From the NCBI GenBank assembly GCA_009877105.1, contig WXFD01000006.1, positions 74,497-138,496 on the forward strand: DNA of 64,000 nt, given 5' to 3'. Shown here piece after piece: positions 38,205 through 47,657 of the stretch. Made by a program: the position numbers and the translations under genes. Source of the stretch: Bacteroidales bacterium. GTDB taxonomy: Bacteria > Bacteroidota > Bacteroidia > Bacteroidales > VadinHA17. The notes beneath the pieces were generated by a model, which worked only from the letters and a program-made list of their open reading frames with translations, was not told the DNA's origin and did no database searches. Each line of letters starts with the position of its first letter. Within the stretch, counting starts at the first letter, position 1.

Positions 38205-39602
38205 ATGGGTAGATTAAGATTAAGCGGACAGGAACTTAAACGCATCGGTTACAAAAGTGACCGTACCATCTCCCTTGCCATTAACCTGGCGAGAAAAAAC
38301 TTTAAAAAAGCGGGCAGGGAGGAAATCCTTATTACCCTGGAAAAGATCAACCTGCAACCTCATAAGTATTTGAAGGATCCGGTCTGGGGTAAACTGGCAC
38401 AGCTTTTAACTGAGAAGCCCGAAGAAGGCAGAAAGGTTCCTGATCTGAAAAAATCCAGGCGTTATTTTAAAATTTTCGGTGAAGAACTGATCGATCCTGA
38501 AGCCATCCGGCAGATGGAGCTGGCAATGAGTCTGCCCATCTCGGTAAAAGGTGCCCTGATGCCTGATGCCCATGTGGGATACGGCCTTCCGATTGGCGGT
38601 GTGCTAGCCGCATACAATGCAGTAATTCCGTATGGGGTTGGAATGGACATTGGCTGCAGGATGTGTCTTTCTGTATTTCCATTTTCTCCCCGGAAGATAA
38701 ATGACGACAGGGAGCAGATAAAGAGGATACTGATGAATGAGACCCGTTTCGGACTGGCCGAATTCAGGGATGAACAGGATCATGAAATTCTCGGGAGAAA
38801 AGAGTTTGATGAGATAAAATTCCTAAGAACCCTTCATAAAAAGTTTGCAGCCCAGCTGGGCACATCCGGTCATGGAAACCATTTTGTGGATGTAGGTCAT
38901 GTAATTATCCCGGAATATTCTGAACTGATAAAGCTTCAGGCGGGTGAGTATTTTGCCGTTCTGAGCCATTCCGGTTCACGCAATTTCGGAGCCGAAGTAT
39001 GCAGGCATTATACCGGTATTGCCCGCGGGAAGCTGGGGTTAAGGGGCGCAGAAGCACAACTGGCATGGCTCGAGCTTGGCTCTGAAGAAGGAGAGGAATA
39101 CTGGGCAGCAATGAATCTGGCTGGAGATTATTCGCATGCAAACCATCGCATCATTCATCGCCGCCTGGCCAGGGCTTTCGGTGAAGCGCCGCTGGTCATC
39201 ATTGAGAATCATCACAATTTTGCCTGGAAGGAGACCCTTGCCACGGGTGAAGAGGTTGTCATACACAGGAAGGGGGCCACTCCTGCCGGTATTGGCGATA
39301 TCGGAGTGATTCCGGGTACCATGGCTTCCCCTGCATTTATTGTAGGTGGCAAAGGAAATGAGGAATCATTGAATTCAGCCTCCCATGGCGCCGGGCGGAA
39401 AATGTCACGTAACGTGGCTGTTAAGGATCTGTCGGGTAAACAAATGAAGGAATATCTCGATAGCAGGAGAATAGAGCTCCTGGGTGCAGGCACCGATGAA
39501 TCGCCATTTGCATACAAGGATATTCATGAGGTGATGGATTACCAGAAAGACCTGGTTGAGATCCTTGGTACTTTCCATCCGGCAATCGTAAGAATGGCCT
39601 AG
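38205..39602 (+). CDS. rtcB: RNA ligase RtcB
   Basis: MPDAHVGYGLPIGGV, GTSGHGNHF, ENHHNF and the C-terminal SHGAGR motifs. Confidence 0.92.
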   Translation: MGRLRLSGQELKRIGYKSDRTISLAINLARKNFKKAGREEILITLEKINLQPHKYLKDPVWGKLAQLLTEKPEEGRKVPDLKKSRRYFKIFGEELIDPEAIRQMELAMSLPISVKGALMPDAHVGYGLPIGGVLAAYNAVIPYGVGMDIGCRMCLSVFPFSPRKINDDREQIKRILMNETRFGLAEFRDEQDHEILGRKEFDEIKFLRTLHKKFAAQLGTSGHGNHFVDVGHVIIPEYSELIKLQAGEYFAVLSHSGSRNFGAEVCRHYTGIARGKLGLRGAEAQLAWLELGSEEGEEYWAAMNLAGDYSHANHRIIHRRLARAFGEAPLVIIENHHNFAWKETLATGEEVVIHRKGATPAGIGDIGVIPGTMASPAFIVGGKGNEESLNSASHGAGRKMSRNVAVKDLSGKQMKEYLDSRRIELLGAGTDESPFAYKDIHEVMDYQKDLVEILGTFHPAIVRMA

Positions 39603-39808
39603 TCCCAGGGATCCGCAATATTCAGTTCACCTTAATCTCAGTGTTCGTCAGTAAAATCATTGACCACTGAATGGTATATGGCTAATCTGTGGGTATTGGA
39701 AGCATGCAACAGTTTTGACTGAAAACTGATCCAAACGCTTCCCTTAATAACATATAAAATAAATGAGGCGGCACTCAGAATGAAACCTGAACACAAGTTA
39801 CGAATATC

Positions 39809-40252
39809 TTATTCTGTAATTGGTCCTTTTTGCTTTGTCCAGATGAGAGTGGGAGCCTCCGGATTCTCCAATGGAGTCCACGTCATTTTCTTGCTTCCCT
39901 TTTCCCATTCAACTTCAAAAGTAATCGAGTCTTCAGAATTTTTAACCGGCTCGAACTCAGGTTGTTTAATGGTGATCTGGTTCCTGGATTCATCAAGCAC
40001 ATACTCCGCTTGAGGCAAGGAAACGAGGTCTCCCCCCTCTGAAAACTTCATGCTGAGAACGTAGGTTTTGTTTTCGTTGATAACAATTATTAAGGTTACC
40101 TTCATATCAATCTTGGTAGGCCCGCCCAGATTAATCTCCTGTGATTTCCACGTTCCTACAACAAATTCAGACAGTTTAATGTCATCTTTGGTGCAACTAC
40201 CGGTCAAAAATGCCAGCAAAGCCACAACTGTTAAAAGCAGATTTCTTTTCAT
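39809..40252 (-). CDS. Small lipoprotein, lipocalin-like
   Basis: Lipobox LTGSC followed by an FVVGTWKS-type lipocalin-like start. Confidence 0.5.
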   Translation of the reverse strand: MKRNLLLTVVALLAFLTGSCTKDDIKLSEFVVGTWKSQEINLGGPTKIDMKVTLIIVINENKTYVLSMKFSEGGDLVSLPQAEYVLDESRNQITIKQPEFEPVKNSEDSITFEVEWEKGSKKMTWTPLENPEAPTLIWTKQKGPITE

Positions 40253-40535
40253 GTCAATACTTTGTTGTTTTTATGATAAAACCCGTAAAACAGATGGGTA
40301 TTATATTATTTACGAAAAATATTAATGATATGTTACGCAAAGGCTTCTGAATAATTATCTACTGATCGGGATGGATTCTTTTTTTCTGAACCGGGGAAGT
40401 TTCCATGCAGTTTTTATGAGCGGTACTGGCACGGCTTTCCATACAAAGGAACTGACAATGATATTTAACTCTGCCAGATACGGCAGAAAGTTATTCATAT
40501 TGAATGCGGCTCCAATTTGTGAGCCGGAACGGGAT

Positions 40536-42197
40536 CTAACGTCCGCCAAACAGACTTTTTTCCGGCAGGTTATGTTTTCCGCGTGATGTGACGGCAGGAT
40601 TCACATCAAGCCTGACAAGATGTTTCATATTGCCGATATCATAAGCTGTAAGATATACAAGCCTGGTTGTTTTATAAAGCTTGTCATAATCAACCCGTTC
40701 AATAATATCCCACTCAGTATGGTAGTCATACGTAAAGCCGCAGAAGAACCACACCGACGGAATGCCCAGTCTGACAAACGGATACTGGTCGCTTCTGAAA
40801 TAGACTCTCTGCGGGTGAGTCAGATTTGAGTACAGGTAATCGAAAGTGAAATTTATCCCGTATTTCTTATTCACTTTTCTTATCGATGCATCCAGCTCCG
40901 AGCTCAGCAGGTCGGAGCCTACAAGGTAAAGGCTGTCTGGATCATTTCGGGAGATCATGTCCATATTAAGGCACACACTGATCTTTTCGACCGGTACCGG
41001 ACAGTTGTTAACGAAATAGTGTGACCCGTTCATCCCCTGTTCCTCACCGGTAAACCAGGCAAGGATGACCGATCTTTTAGGCCGCTCAACAAGCAGGGCC
41101 CGGCCTATTTCCATCAGTGCAACGCAGGCGCTTCCATTGTCGTCGGCTCCGGCAATAATGGCGCCATCGTCGATACCCCGTGCATCATGATGGCCGCTGA
41201 TCACAATGTATTCATTCTTCAGCACCGGATCCGAACCTTCCACCATGGCTAGCACGTTACGAGATTCCGACCGGAAGGTTTCTACTTCCACATCAAGCCG
41301 GGCACTGATGCCGGAAACAGCGAACGACGGCACCTGCAGTCCCTGCTCAATCTTGCTGAACATCCCTGCAATTTCATCTTTGGTGATTCCCAGCATATCA
41401 GCAGCCAGATCATGGCTTATCTCAGCCCTTTCAAACGGTAAGGACGGCCTTGTCTTCTCTTCCGCTGCCTGCACGGCAGCCGCCTGGCCCAAATTTATCC
41501 TTTGGGTCTCATAAACCGGGGTCATCCTGCCTTCCGGTATGTAGTCGAAAATATTCTGCCCTCCGGCTTTCCTTCTCTCTCTCTCCGGACTCACAACTGA
41601 CAGGACAGCTGCAGCCCCCCTGTTGCGCAATTCGAAAATCCTGGACATCAGCCTGCCTGTCATGGTGAATCCCAGCGGGAACACAGTACCCGGACGCTGG
41701 GCGTCAAGTATGACAACTATCTTACCTCTGAGATCCAGGTTCTTCAGATCGTCCCATCCGGTTTCCGGATCGCTTATTCCCAGTCCGGCAAAGACCACTT
41801 CACCCCTGTAAGTGCCGCTCCGGTTAAAATTGCCATTCAGCTCCTTGCCGAAATAATAAATTCTGTCGCCATTCGCCCCGGTAAGAGTGATCCGGGTTCC
41901 CGGCTGAAAAACCGAAGCTACTGTCACGGGAACAGGCTGGTAAAATGAGCCGTCTTTCATTACCGGTTTAAGCCCTGTACGGCCGGCCCAGTTGCCGAGA
42001 TAGAGAGTGGCTATCTCCAGCTCCGGCGAAGGCGTTTCCCTTCCCCTGAATTCAACAGCGCCGAGAAAATCGAGATTATACTTCAGTTCCTTCTTTGAAA
42101 TGGTCCCCAGGCCCCTAAGTTGTGAAAAGGTTGCTGGCCCAGTACATATGAGGCCCAGCAAGAGGAAGAACAAAACTTTTGGAAAATTTCTTTTCAT
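40536..42197 (-). CDS. M28-family aminopeptidase with a PA domain
   Basis: ISGHHDARG, GADDNGSACVALMEIGR, FTGEEQGMNGSHYF and a signal peptide from the ATG at 42197. Confidence 0.85.
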   Translation of the reverse strand: MKRNFPKVLFFLLLGLICTGPATFSQLRGLGTISKKELKYNLDFLGAVEFRGRETPSPELEIATLYLGNWAGRTGLKPVMKDGSFYQPVPVTVASVFQPGTRITLTGANGDRIYYFGKELNGNFNRSGTYRGEVVFAGLGISDPETGWDDLKNLDLRGKIVVILDAQRPGTVFPLGFTMTGRLMSRIFELRNRGAAAVLSVVSPERERRKAGGQNIFDYIPEGRMTPVYETQRINLGQAAAVQAAEEKTRPSLPFERAEISHDLAADMLGITKDEIAGMFSKIEQGLQVPSFAVSGISARLDVEVETFRSESRNVLAMVEGSDPVLKNEYIVISGHHDARGIDDGAIIAGADDNGSACVALMEIGRALLVERPKRSVILAWFTGEEQGMNGSHYFVNNCPVPVEKISVCLNMDMISRNDPDSLYLVGSDLLSSELDASIRKVNKKYGINFTFDYLYSNLTHPQRVYFRSDQYPFVRLGIPSVWFFCGFTYDYHTEWDIIERVDYDKLYKTTRLVYLTAYDIGNMKHLVRLDVNPAVTSRGKHNLPEKSLFGGR

Positions 42198-42457
42198 GAT
42201 ACATGTCTGGTTTAAGTTCAGGAGCATCAGAAAATGCTTTCAGGCTACTAATGATGCCATATGTAAAGATAAATAATTCCTGGGCCTTGCCTGATAATTG
42301 TAAGTTACCGTTTAATAATTTCCTGAAATATTTAGCTACGGGGGAAGAAAATCCGGCAATCTTACATTCGTACGAGGACATACAGTATCAGTTGTTCATT
42401 GCTGTCTTTCACAGTCAGAACCAGGAAAAACCGGTCAGTTGTTCCCCATTTCGATAC

Positions 42458-42473
42458 TTTTAACGTTTAAGCA
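42458..42473. promoter_or_regulatory. Candidate LacI-family operator, site 1 (TTTTAACGTTTAAGCA)
   Basis: Carries the AACGTTTAAGC half shared with three other sites. It lies in the divergent M28 / PKD-lipoprotein intergenic region. Confidence 0.5.
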
Positions 42474-42723
42474 TTAATTTTTCATGGGGCGGAATACTGT
42501 TTTATCAGTGCACTCATGCCGGTTTATCTGCATATCCTCCCGGCAATAAGCCAAACATCGGCATCAGCGGCGAATCTGAAATCCATAATGATTTGTACCC
42601 TGAGTCTATGGAAGTTAAAATCTGATAATTGTTTGTTGTAATCATAAACTGATACCAGTTTTCTGCTTCCTTCTCCTGTGCCGGGCTCAGGCAGACAGGA
42701 AAAAAGTGATAATAAATTTGTTT

Positions 42724-42739
42724 ATTTAAACGTTTAAGC
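42724..42739. promoter_or_regulatory. Candidate LacI-family operator, site 2 (ATTTAAACGTTTAAGC)
   Basis: Contains the perfect 12-bp palindrome TTAAACGTTTAA with the central CG typical of LacI operators. It abuts the -7-like box. Confidence 0.6.
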
Positions 42740-42740
42740 G

Positions 42741-42748
42741 TAATTTTG
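42741..42748 (+). promoter_or_regulatory. Bacteroidota-type -7 promoter element TAATTTTG upstream of the PKD lipoprotein gene
   Basis: Matches TAnnTTTG. A TTTG lies about 20 bp upstream (aataaaTTTGttta). It is 28 nt before the ATG at 42776. Confidence 0.45.
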
Positions 42749-42775
42749 TTTCAAGAATTAAACCAACAATCTGAA

Positions 42776-43756
42776 ATGAAAAGGAAATTACTGTTTATTG
42801 GCTTGCTGACAGCTCTTCTTGTAATCGGACTGGACTCCTGCAAGAAAGAATCTGAGGCAAAAGAACCTCCAACATGTGATTTTTCAATCAAGGCGGAGGG
42901 CCTGAAAATTACATTCACCGCTGTTGCAACAAACACTGACACTTATGCCTGGAATTTCGGCGACGGCCAGACAAGTACGGAAGCAAATCCGGTGCATACC
43001 TATGCCGACGGCGGCGAATATGAAGTTAAGCTGGTTGTAACCGGGGAAGGCGGATCAGCCGAGAAGAAGATAAAGGTAACAGTCACCCCTGGTCTTGAAG
43101 ACATCAAAATAATGCTGACCGGTGGGCCTGGAGCTGCAAACGGCAAGACCTGGGTGCTGAAGACAGACAGCCCTGTCGACGGTGACGGAGCCAGCGCCAT
43201 TGAGCCCAACATGCTTGTTCTCATACCTATACCGGCTGATTTCTACGGATGGATGGGCAAGGAAAGACTTGATGGCAAAAAGGAGGAATATACCTTCAAG
43301 TATGACGGGTCATTCAAAATTGACACGAAGAATGATACGGTTCTGGCAATTTCCCTGTATGCCTTTTTCAATGGGATCACCGTGGATCAGAGCAACACTC
43401 CCTATGGAACATGCAGGGCCACCGGTTATGTACAGCCTGCAGGAGCCACCTGGGAGATCAGGGAATCAGATATTACTGTCGATGCAATAACAAATCCTTC
43501 CGAAACCACAGTACCCCCTGCACATGGGAATGTGGTTTTTTCAGGGAAGAAATGGCTCTCCCTTTCGCCCGGTTCGTTTCTGGGGTTCCTCGACTTTTCA
43601 ACTTCCAGTAACATTATTATCAAATCAATTTCCCCGACCCAGCTGAGAGTGGCCATAATGGTCTGCATGTATCAGGGTGCAGCGGCACCCGGAGGCGCTG
43701 ACTTCGCAAATCTGCCGACATACATGTACCACATGACATTCATACCGAAACCGTAA
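42776..43756 (+). CDS. PKD-domain lipoprotein
   Basis: Lipobox GLDSC and the PKD signature YAWNFGDGQTSTEANPVHTYADGGEYEVKLVV. The start is taken at the ATG at 42776; the track uses a TTG at 42746. Confidence 0.8.
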   Translation: MKRKLLFIGLLTALLVIGLDSCKKESEAKEPPTCDFSIKAEGLKITFTAVATNTDTYAWNFGDGQTSTEANPVHTYADGGEYEVKLVVTGEGGSAEKKIKVTVTPGLEDIKIMLTGGPGAANGKTWVLKTDSPVDGDGASAIEPNMLVLIPIPADFYGWMGKERLDGKKEEYTFKYDGSFKIDTKNDTVLAISLYAFFNGITVDQSNTPYGTCRATGYVQPAGATWEIRESDITVDAITNPSETTVPPAHGNVVFSGKKWLSLSPGSFLGFLDFSTSSNIIIKSISPTQLRVAIMVCMYQGAAAPGGADFANLPTYMYHMTFIPKP

Positions 43757-43781
43757 TGTCTGCTTATGCATTGTCATTGTA

Positions 43782-43830
43782 CGGCCCGGAAACCGCAACC
43801 ACAGGTCAGGCTCTCCGGGCCGCTTTTTTT
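43782..43830 (+). terminator. Hairpin plus T-tract after the PKD gene
   Basis: CGGCCCGGA ... TCCGGGCCG stem (9 bp, about 23-nt loop), followed by CTTTTTTT. Confidence 0.5.
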
Positions 43831-43881
43831 GATTTACCCGTCTGTGTTAAACTTCTCCCATTGCGTTAAACACCTCCTATA

Positions 43882-45528
43882 ATGAAGAAGCATAACAGGT
43901 TCCTTAAGACTGCGGCAGTAATTCTTATCATCACGGGAGTGAGTGTGCTGCTGCTGATCAACAGGTTTACAAGCCGGAGAACGGAAACCGAAATAACCAT
44001 GAGCGACGGAACACCGCTCAGTGCAACTATATTCATCCCGGCCGGCAGAGGGAAATATCCTTCAGTGCTGGTCCGCACACCTTACAACAAACAGGCTGAA
44101 GAGTGGGTGGGAAAGGCTTTCAATATTTTCGGTATTGCAGTAATAACCCAGGATGTCAGGGGAAAATTCAAATCCGGAGGTGATTTCTATCCATTCATCA
44201 ATGAAAGAAAAGACGGTCTTGAAACCATCCGATGGATAAGAAAGCAGCCATGGTCCGACGGAACAGTGGCAGGCTGGGGTGCAAGCTATTTAGGATACAC
44301 CCAGTGGGCGGTTTCTGATTCTCTTGATTTTATGACTCTTATGCTGACAGGAGCCAGGTTGTTTGATTTGGTTTATCCTGATTCGCTTTTTTCGCTGCAA
44401 ACTGCCGGAATATGGGGCTTTAGCAGTGCTTCACGCACCGTTAATGACCTCAATGAGGACACTGTAAGGAAAAAGCTATATACTCTGCCGGTTATGGCAG
44501 CAGATGATTCTGCAATCAGGGACATCAACTACTACAATGACTGGGTTATTCATGATAAATACGACAGTTATTGGGAGCAGATGGATTTCAGGGGCAGATC
44601 GGATGCTCCCGTTCTTTCAGTGGCCGGATGGTATGATTTGTTCCTTAAATGCCAGCTGGCGGATTTCCTGGCGCTTGATTCTTCCGGTAATAACCGGGGC
44701 AGGCTTGTCATAGGGCCGTGGGCCCATGGTGAACCGGGGGAAGCCAGTCAATACGGCGGACCAGAAAAAACGGGTGACCCGAAACTGATTTTTAAATATG
44801 TACGGCAGTATCTTAAAGGCAGGAAAGCCAGACCGGGAAGTCCCATGAAAGATGCAAAATACAATCTGTTCATCATGGAAAGGAACGAATATGCGGGCTC
44901 AGATGTCTGGCCACCCAGGGAAACCACGATGACTCCCTATCACCTCGGACCTGGCGGATATCTCGGGCCTGCCATCCCTTCCGAAAAGGGAAGTCTGTCA
45001 TACGAATACGATCCGGCCGATCCATATCCCAGTCTCGGCGGCACCGCCCTCGGCAAAGGAGTGGGACCAGCCCGGCAAAATCCGAATACCGGTCGGAAGG
45101 ACCAGCTGGTTTTCAGGAAAAAAATTGAAAGCGAACCTCTCATCCTTCTGGGTCCTCTTGGCGCAACTCTCTGGCTTTCCTCATCTGCGGTATGCACTGA
45201 TTATTATGTGCTGCTGCAGGATGAATTCCCGGATGGAAAGATCATAAACATCCAGGAAGGAGGGGCAAAAGTTAAATTGACCGGGAATGGTCCTGAAAAA
45301 ACAGAAATTTCTATATGGGCCACTGGTTATCAACTCAATCCCGGGCATACCCTGAGGGTTGTGATCACCTCATCCTGGTTCCCAAGGTTCAACAGGAACC
45401 TCAACCGCTGTGAGAAAGCGGCCGATGCCAAAATCACAATGCGTTCGACACAAACACTCTGGTATGGAAACGGAACACCTTCATCAGTCAGTCTTCCGGT
45501 TTACCTTCCTGGCAATCCAGGGTATTAA
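43882..45528 (+). CDS. CocE/NonD-family hydrolase (S15 X-Pro dipeptidyl-peptidase / acylase-esterase family)
   Basis: YPSVLVRTPYNK, the nucleophile elbow GWGASYLGY, GPWAHG and a C-terminal beta-sandwich region. Confidence 0.8.
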   Translation: MKKHNRFLKTAAVILIITGVSVLLLINRFTSRRTETEITMSDGTPLSATIFIPAGRGKYPSVLVRTPYNKQAEEWVGKAFNIFGIAVITQDVRGKFKSGGDFYPFINERKDGLETIRWIRKQPWSDGTVAGWGASYLGYTQWAVSDSLDFMTLMLTGARLFDLVYPDSLFSLQTAGIWGFSSASRTVNDLNEDTVRKKLYTLPVMAADDSAIRDINYYNDWVIHDKYDSYWEQMDFRGRSDAPVLSVAGWYDLFLKCQLADFLALDSSGNNRGRLVIGPWAHGEPGEASQYGGPEKTGDPKLIFKYVRQYLKGRKARPGSPMKDAKYNLFIMERNEYAGSDVWPPRETTMTPYHLGPGGYLGPAIPSEKGSLSYEYDPADPYPSLGGTALGKGVGPARQNPNTGRKDQLVFRKKIESEPLILLGPLGATLWLSSSAVCTDYYVLLQDEFPDGKIINIQEGGAKVKLTGNGPEKTEISIWATGYQLNPGHTLRVVITSSWFPRFNRNLNRCEKAADAKITMRSTQTLWYGNGTPSSVSLPVYLPGNPGY

Positions 45529-45560
45529 CTGTTATCGGGTAATTTCCGGATTTCCGGAAT

Positions 45561-47657
45561 TTATTTTCTCAGCCAGATAAAATCAATTTGTGCCGTTTTC
45601 CTGCCATCAGCGCCTGGCATGCCGATCATCAATTCATTTGATCCTTTTTTCAGCCTGACCGGACCGGAAAAATGATTATCGAGCAGCCTGCCGGCCGCCG
45701 TGAAAACTAGTAGGGTGTCACGGCCGCTGAATCGAACCGGCTCCCCGTTCAACCTGAAGGTCAGTGAACCGGAATCAGGGGTATGGGTAAGGGTTATACC
45801 AATGCGTGTTTCCCTGATCTCCTTGTCGGAAGGGATATTCAGTTTCAGTACATCCTGCCCGCTGGCAGGAATCCAGTTCAGGACACCGGAGCCGGCCCAG
45901 AAATCATCTTTTTCAAAACTGACCCTGTCATTGCCGCGCGCAAGTTCTTCAGCCTGAACAAACCTCCATCCGTCTGAGCCCTTGAAAGCTTCCGGCATCC
46001 AGGGCTCATAATTTATTTCTCTCAGGTCATGTGCAGTAAATAACCCTGTAACAGTATTGCCTCCGGGCAGCAGGTAATAGTAAATGATGCGTCCGTATGA
46101 GAATCCCTCAACCTTTCCATGGTGTTTGAGTTCCATAAGAAAGCAGGCGCTTTCCCTGAAAGGGATGTCATCACTGATATGCCACCTGAAATCCGAAACA
46201 TATCCCCTGTTGCCCGGACCATCATTCCTTGGCTGTCCGCAATAGGGATACGAGAATATCCGTGAAGATGACCAGGAATAATTAAAATAATCCTCCGATC
46301 CGGTTCCAAAAAAGGAAGGAAAGGTATCCCTGTCAATGAATATTTTCTCATCACCCTCTCCCCACCAATTCCCCCACGAGGTGGGAACCCCGCTGGGATT
46401 ATGGATAAGTGCTGCAGCTCCTGCAATCCTTCCTTTTCCTTCGGCGGCCAGGCAGGGAATGTCTGACGCCCGGGAATCAAGCTCTGAAGTTGTCAGATCA
46501 TGATCCATGCTCCACAAGGCATGGAAATGCATAGATTCTCCGTCCTTCCATCTGAACCTGGCAACAATTGCCTCAGCTGACACCTTAATTTTTTCAGCTG
46601 AATGATTCTCAATGATGATTCTTGCGTTCTTGCTGAAGGGCATTTCAAACCGGCAGATCATGGTTCCGTCAGTAAGGACAGTGAATGGCAGGGATATATA
46701 GGGATTAATTCCGGGTGCTGCCCCGAAAAAATCACCTAGCGGAGCATTCACCTGTGCAGTCTCAGAATCATCGAACCAGATCCTCAGCACGGCCTGTCTC
46801 AGGGCATTCTCAAGGTTTCCGGCATCGGCCCTCAGACTGAACCGGGTAATCGAGGATGGTCCTTTCAGATCCATGAGTACTGCCTGCTCTCCGGGCTCAA
46901 GTCTGACTTCTCCATTCATGGAGGAGTAATGCCCTGAAGCAGGCCTGTGATCAGGGTTCCTCAGCAGTGAGTCCGTTCTGATCATCGTTGCCTTGTACTT
47001 CCTGAAATTTTCCCTGGTGAAGGATTCCACTTCCTGGTCATTGTCATACAGGCGCAATCCTACATGATAGAAGTGAATGTCGCTGATCTTACCGGTCCAT
47101 TCCATCCGGAATCCTTTTGAGAAAGGTATCGGGAAATAAGATGCATCATACTGGTAAAATGACTCAGTGTGTTTTCCGAGGCTGCTGTCACCCGACAGTA
47201 TCTCAACCGGTTTCCTGAAAAAATCCTCTGCTTTTCCCTGGAAAAGCAGATTGTCAGGAGAATCCAGGAAAACTCTCACAGTGCCTGATATTCCAGCTGT
47301 CCAAAGTCTTTGGACCACACCCGGACCCCTTGCGTCACATATCAGGTATGTCCCGGTACCAGATGAGTCAGGGGCGGCAAGCACCTTTTCAAATCCGGGT
47401 ATCGGTTCTCCCCCGAAACCATCCTCATTGGCAAACCAGGTGCTGTCAAGTGGACTGACGCTTCTGCGATCGTATGATGAATACTGGACAACCCTGTAGT
47501 TCATCCCTTTTGCAGACGACAGTCTTGAAATATCAGTCATTTCTTCGAACAGGGTATCCTGGGTAATCATTTTGTGGTCCCCTGCGCAAGAAATTAATGC
47601 AACGATGGTACAAAATGCAGGCAGCAGGAATTTAAGCGGATTCTTCATATTCTTCAC
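45561..47657 (-). CDS. DUF2961 / glycoside hydrolase family 172 protein, secreted lipoprotein
   Basis: WWGEGDEKIFIDRDTFPSFFGTGSEDYFNYSW hallmark block and lipobox LISC. Confidence 0.8.
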   Translation of the reverse strand: MKNMKNPLKFLLPAFCTIVALISCAGDHKMITQDTLFEEMTDISRLSSAKGMNYRVVQYSSYDRRSVSPLDSTWFANEDGFGGEPIPGFEKVLAAPDSSGTGTYLICDARGPGVVQRLWTAGISGTVRVFLDSPDNLLFQGKAEDFFRKPVEILSGDSSLGKHTESFYQYDASYFPIPFSKGFRMEWTGKISDIHFYHVGLRLYDNDQEVESFTRENFRKYKATMIRTDSLLRNPDHRPASGHYSSMNGEVRLEPGEQAVLMDLKGPSSITRFSLRADAGNLENALRQAVLRIWFDDSETAQVNAPLGDFFGAAPGINPYISLPFTVLTDGTMICRFEMPFSKNARIIIENHSAEKIKVSAEAIVARFRWKDGESMHFHALWSMDHDLTTSELDSRASDIPCLAAEGKGRIAGAAALIHNPSGVPTSWGNWWGEGDEKIFIDRDTFPSFFGTGSEDYFNYSWSSSRIFSYPYCGQPRNDGPGNRGYVSDFRWHISDDIPFRESACFLMELKHHGKVEGFSYGRIIYYYLLPGGNTVTGLFTAHDLREINYEPWMPEAFKGSDGWRFVQAEELARGNDRVSFEKDDFWAGSGVLNWIPASGQDVLKLNIPSDKEIRETRIGITLTHTPDSGSLTFRLNGEPVRFSGRDTLLVFTAAGRLLDNHFSGPVRLKKGSNELMIGMPGADGRKTAQIDFIWLRK

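Noticed and set aside
45529-45560. A bidirectional terminator in the 32-bp convergent gap between the CocE/NonD gene and the GH172 gene
   Set aside because: I could only find the short direct repeat TTTCCGGA-TTTCCGGA here. There is no convincing stem-loop with flanking A/T tracts.
46022-46480. The 152-aa minus-strand ORF nested in the first GH172 gene, and similar nested ORFs in susC, the acylase gene and the lacI-family gene
   Set aside because: They are alternative-frame ORFs inside confidently assigned genes and have no recognisable motifs.
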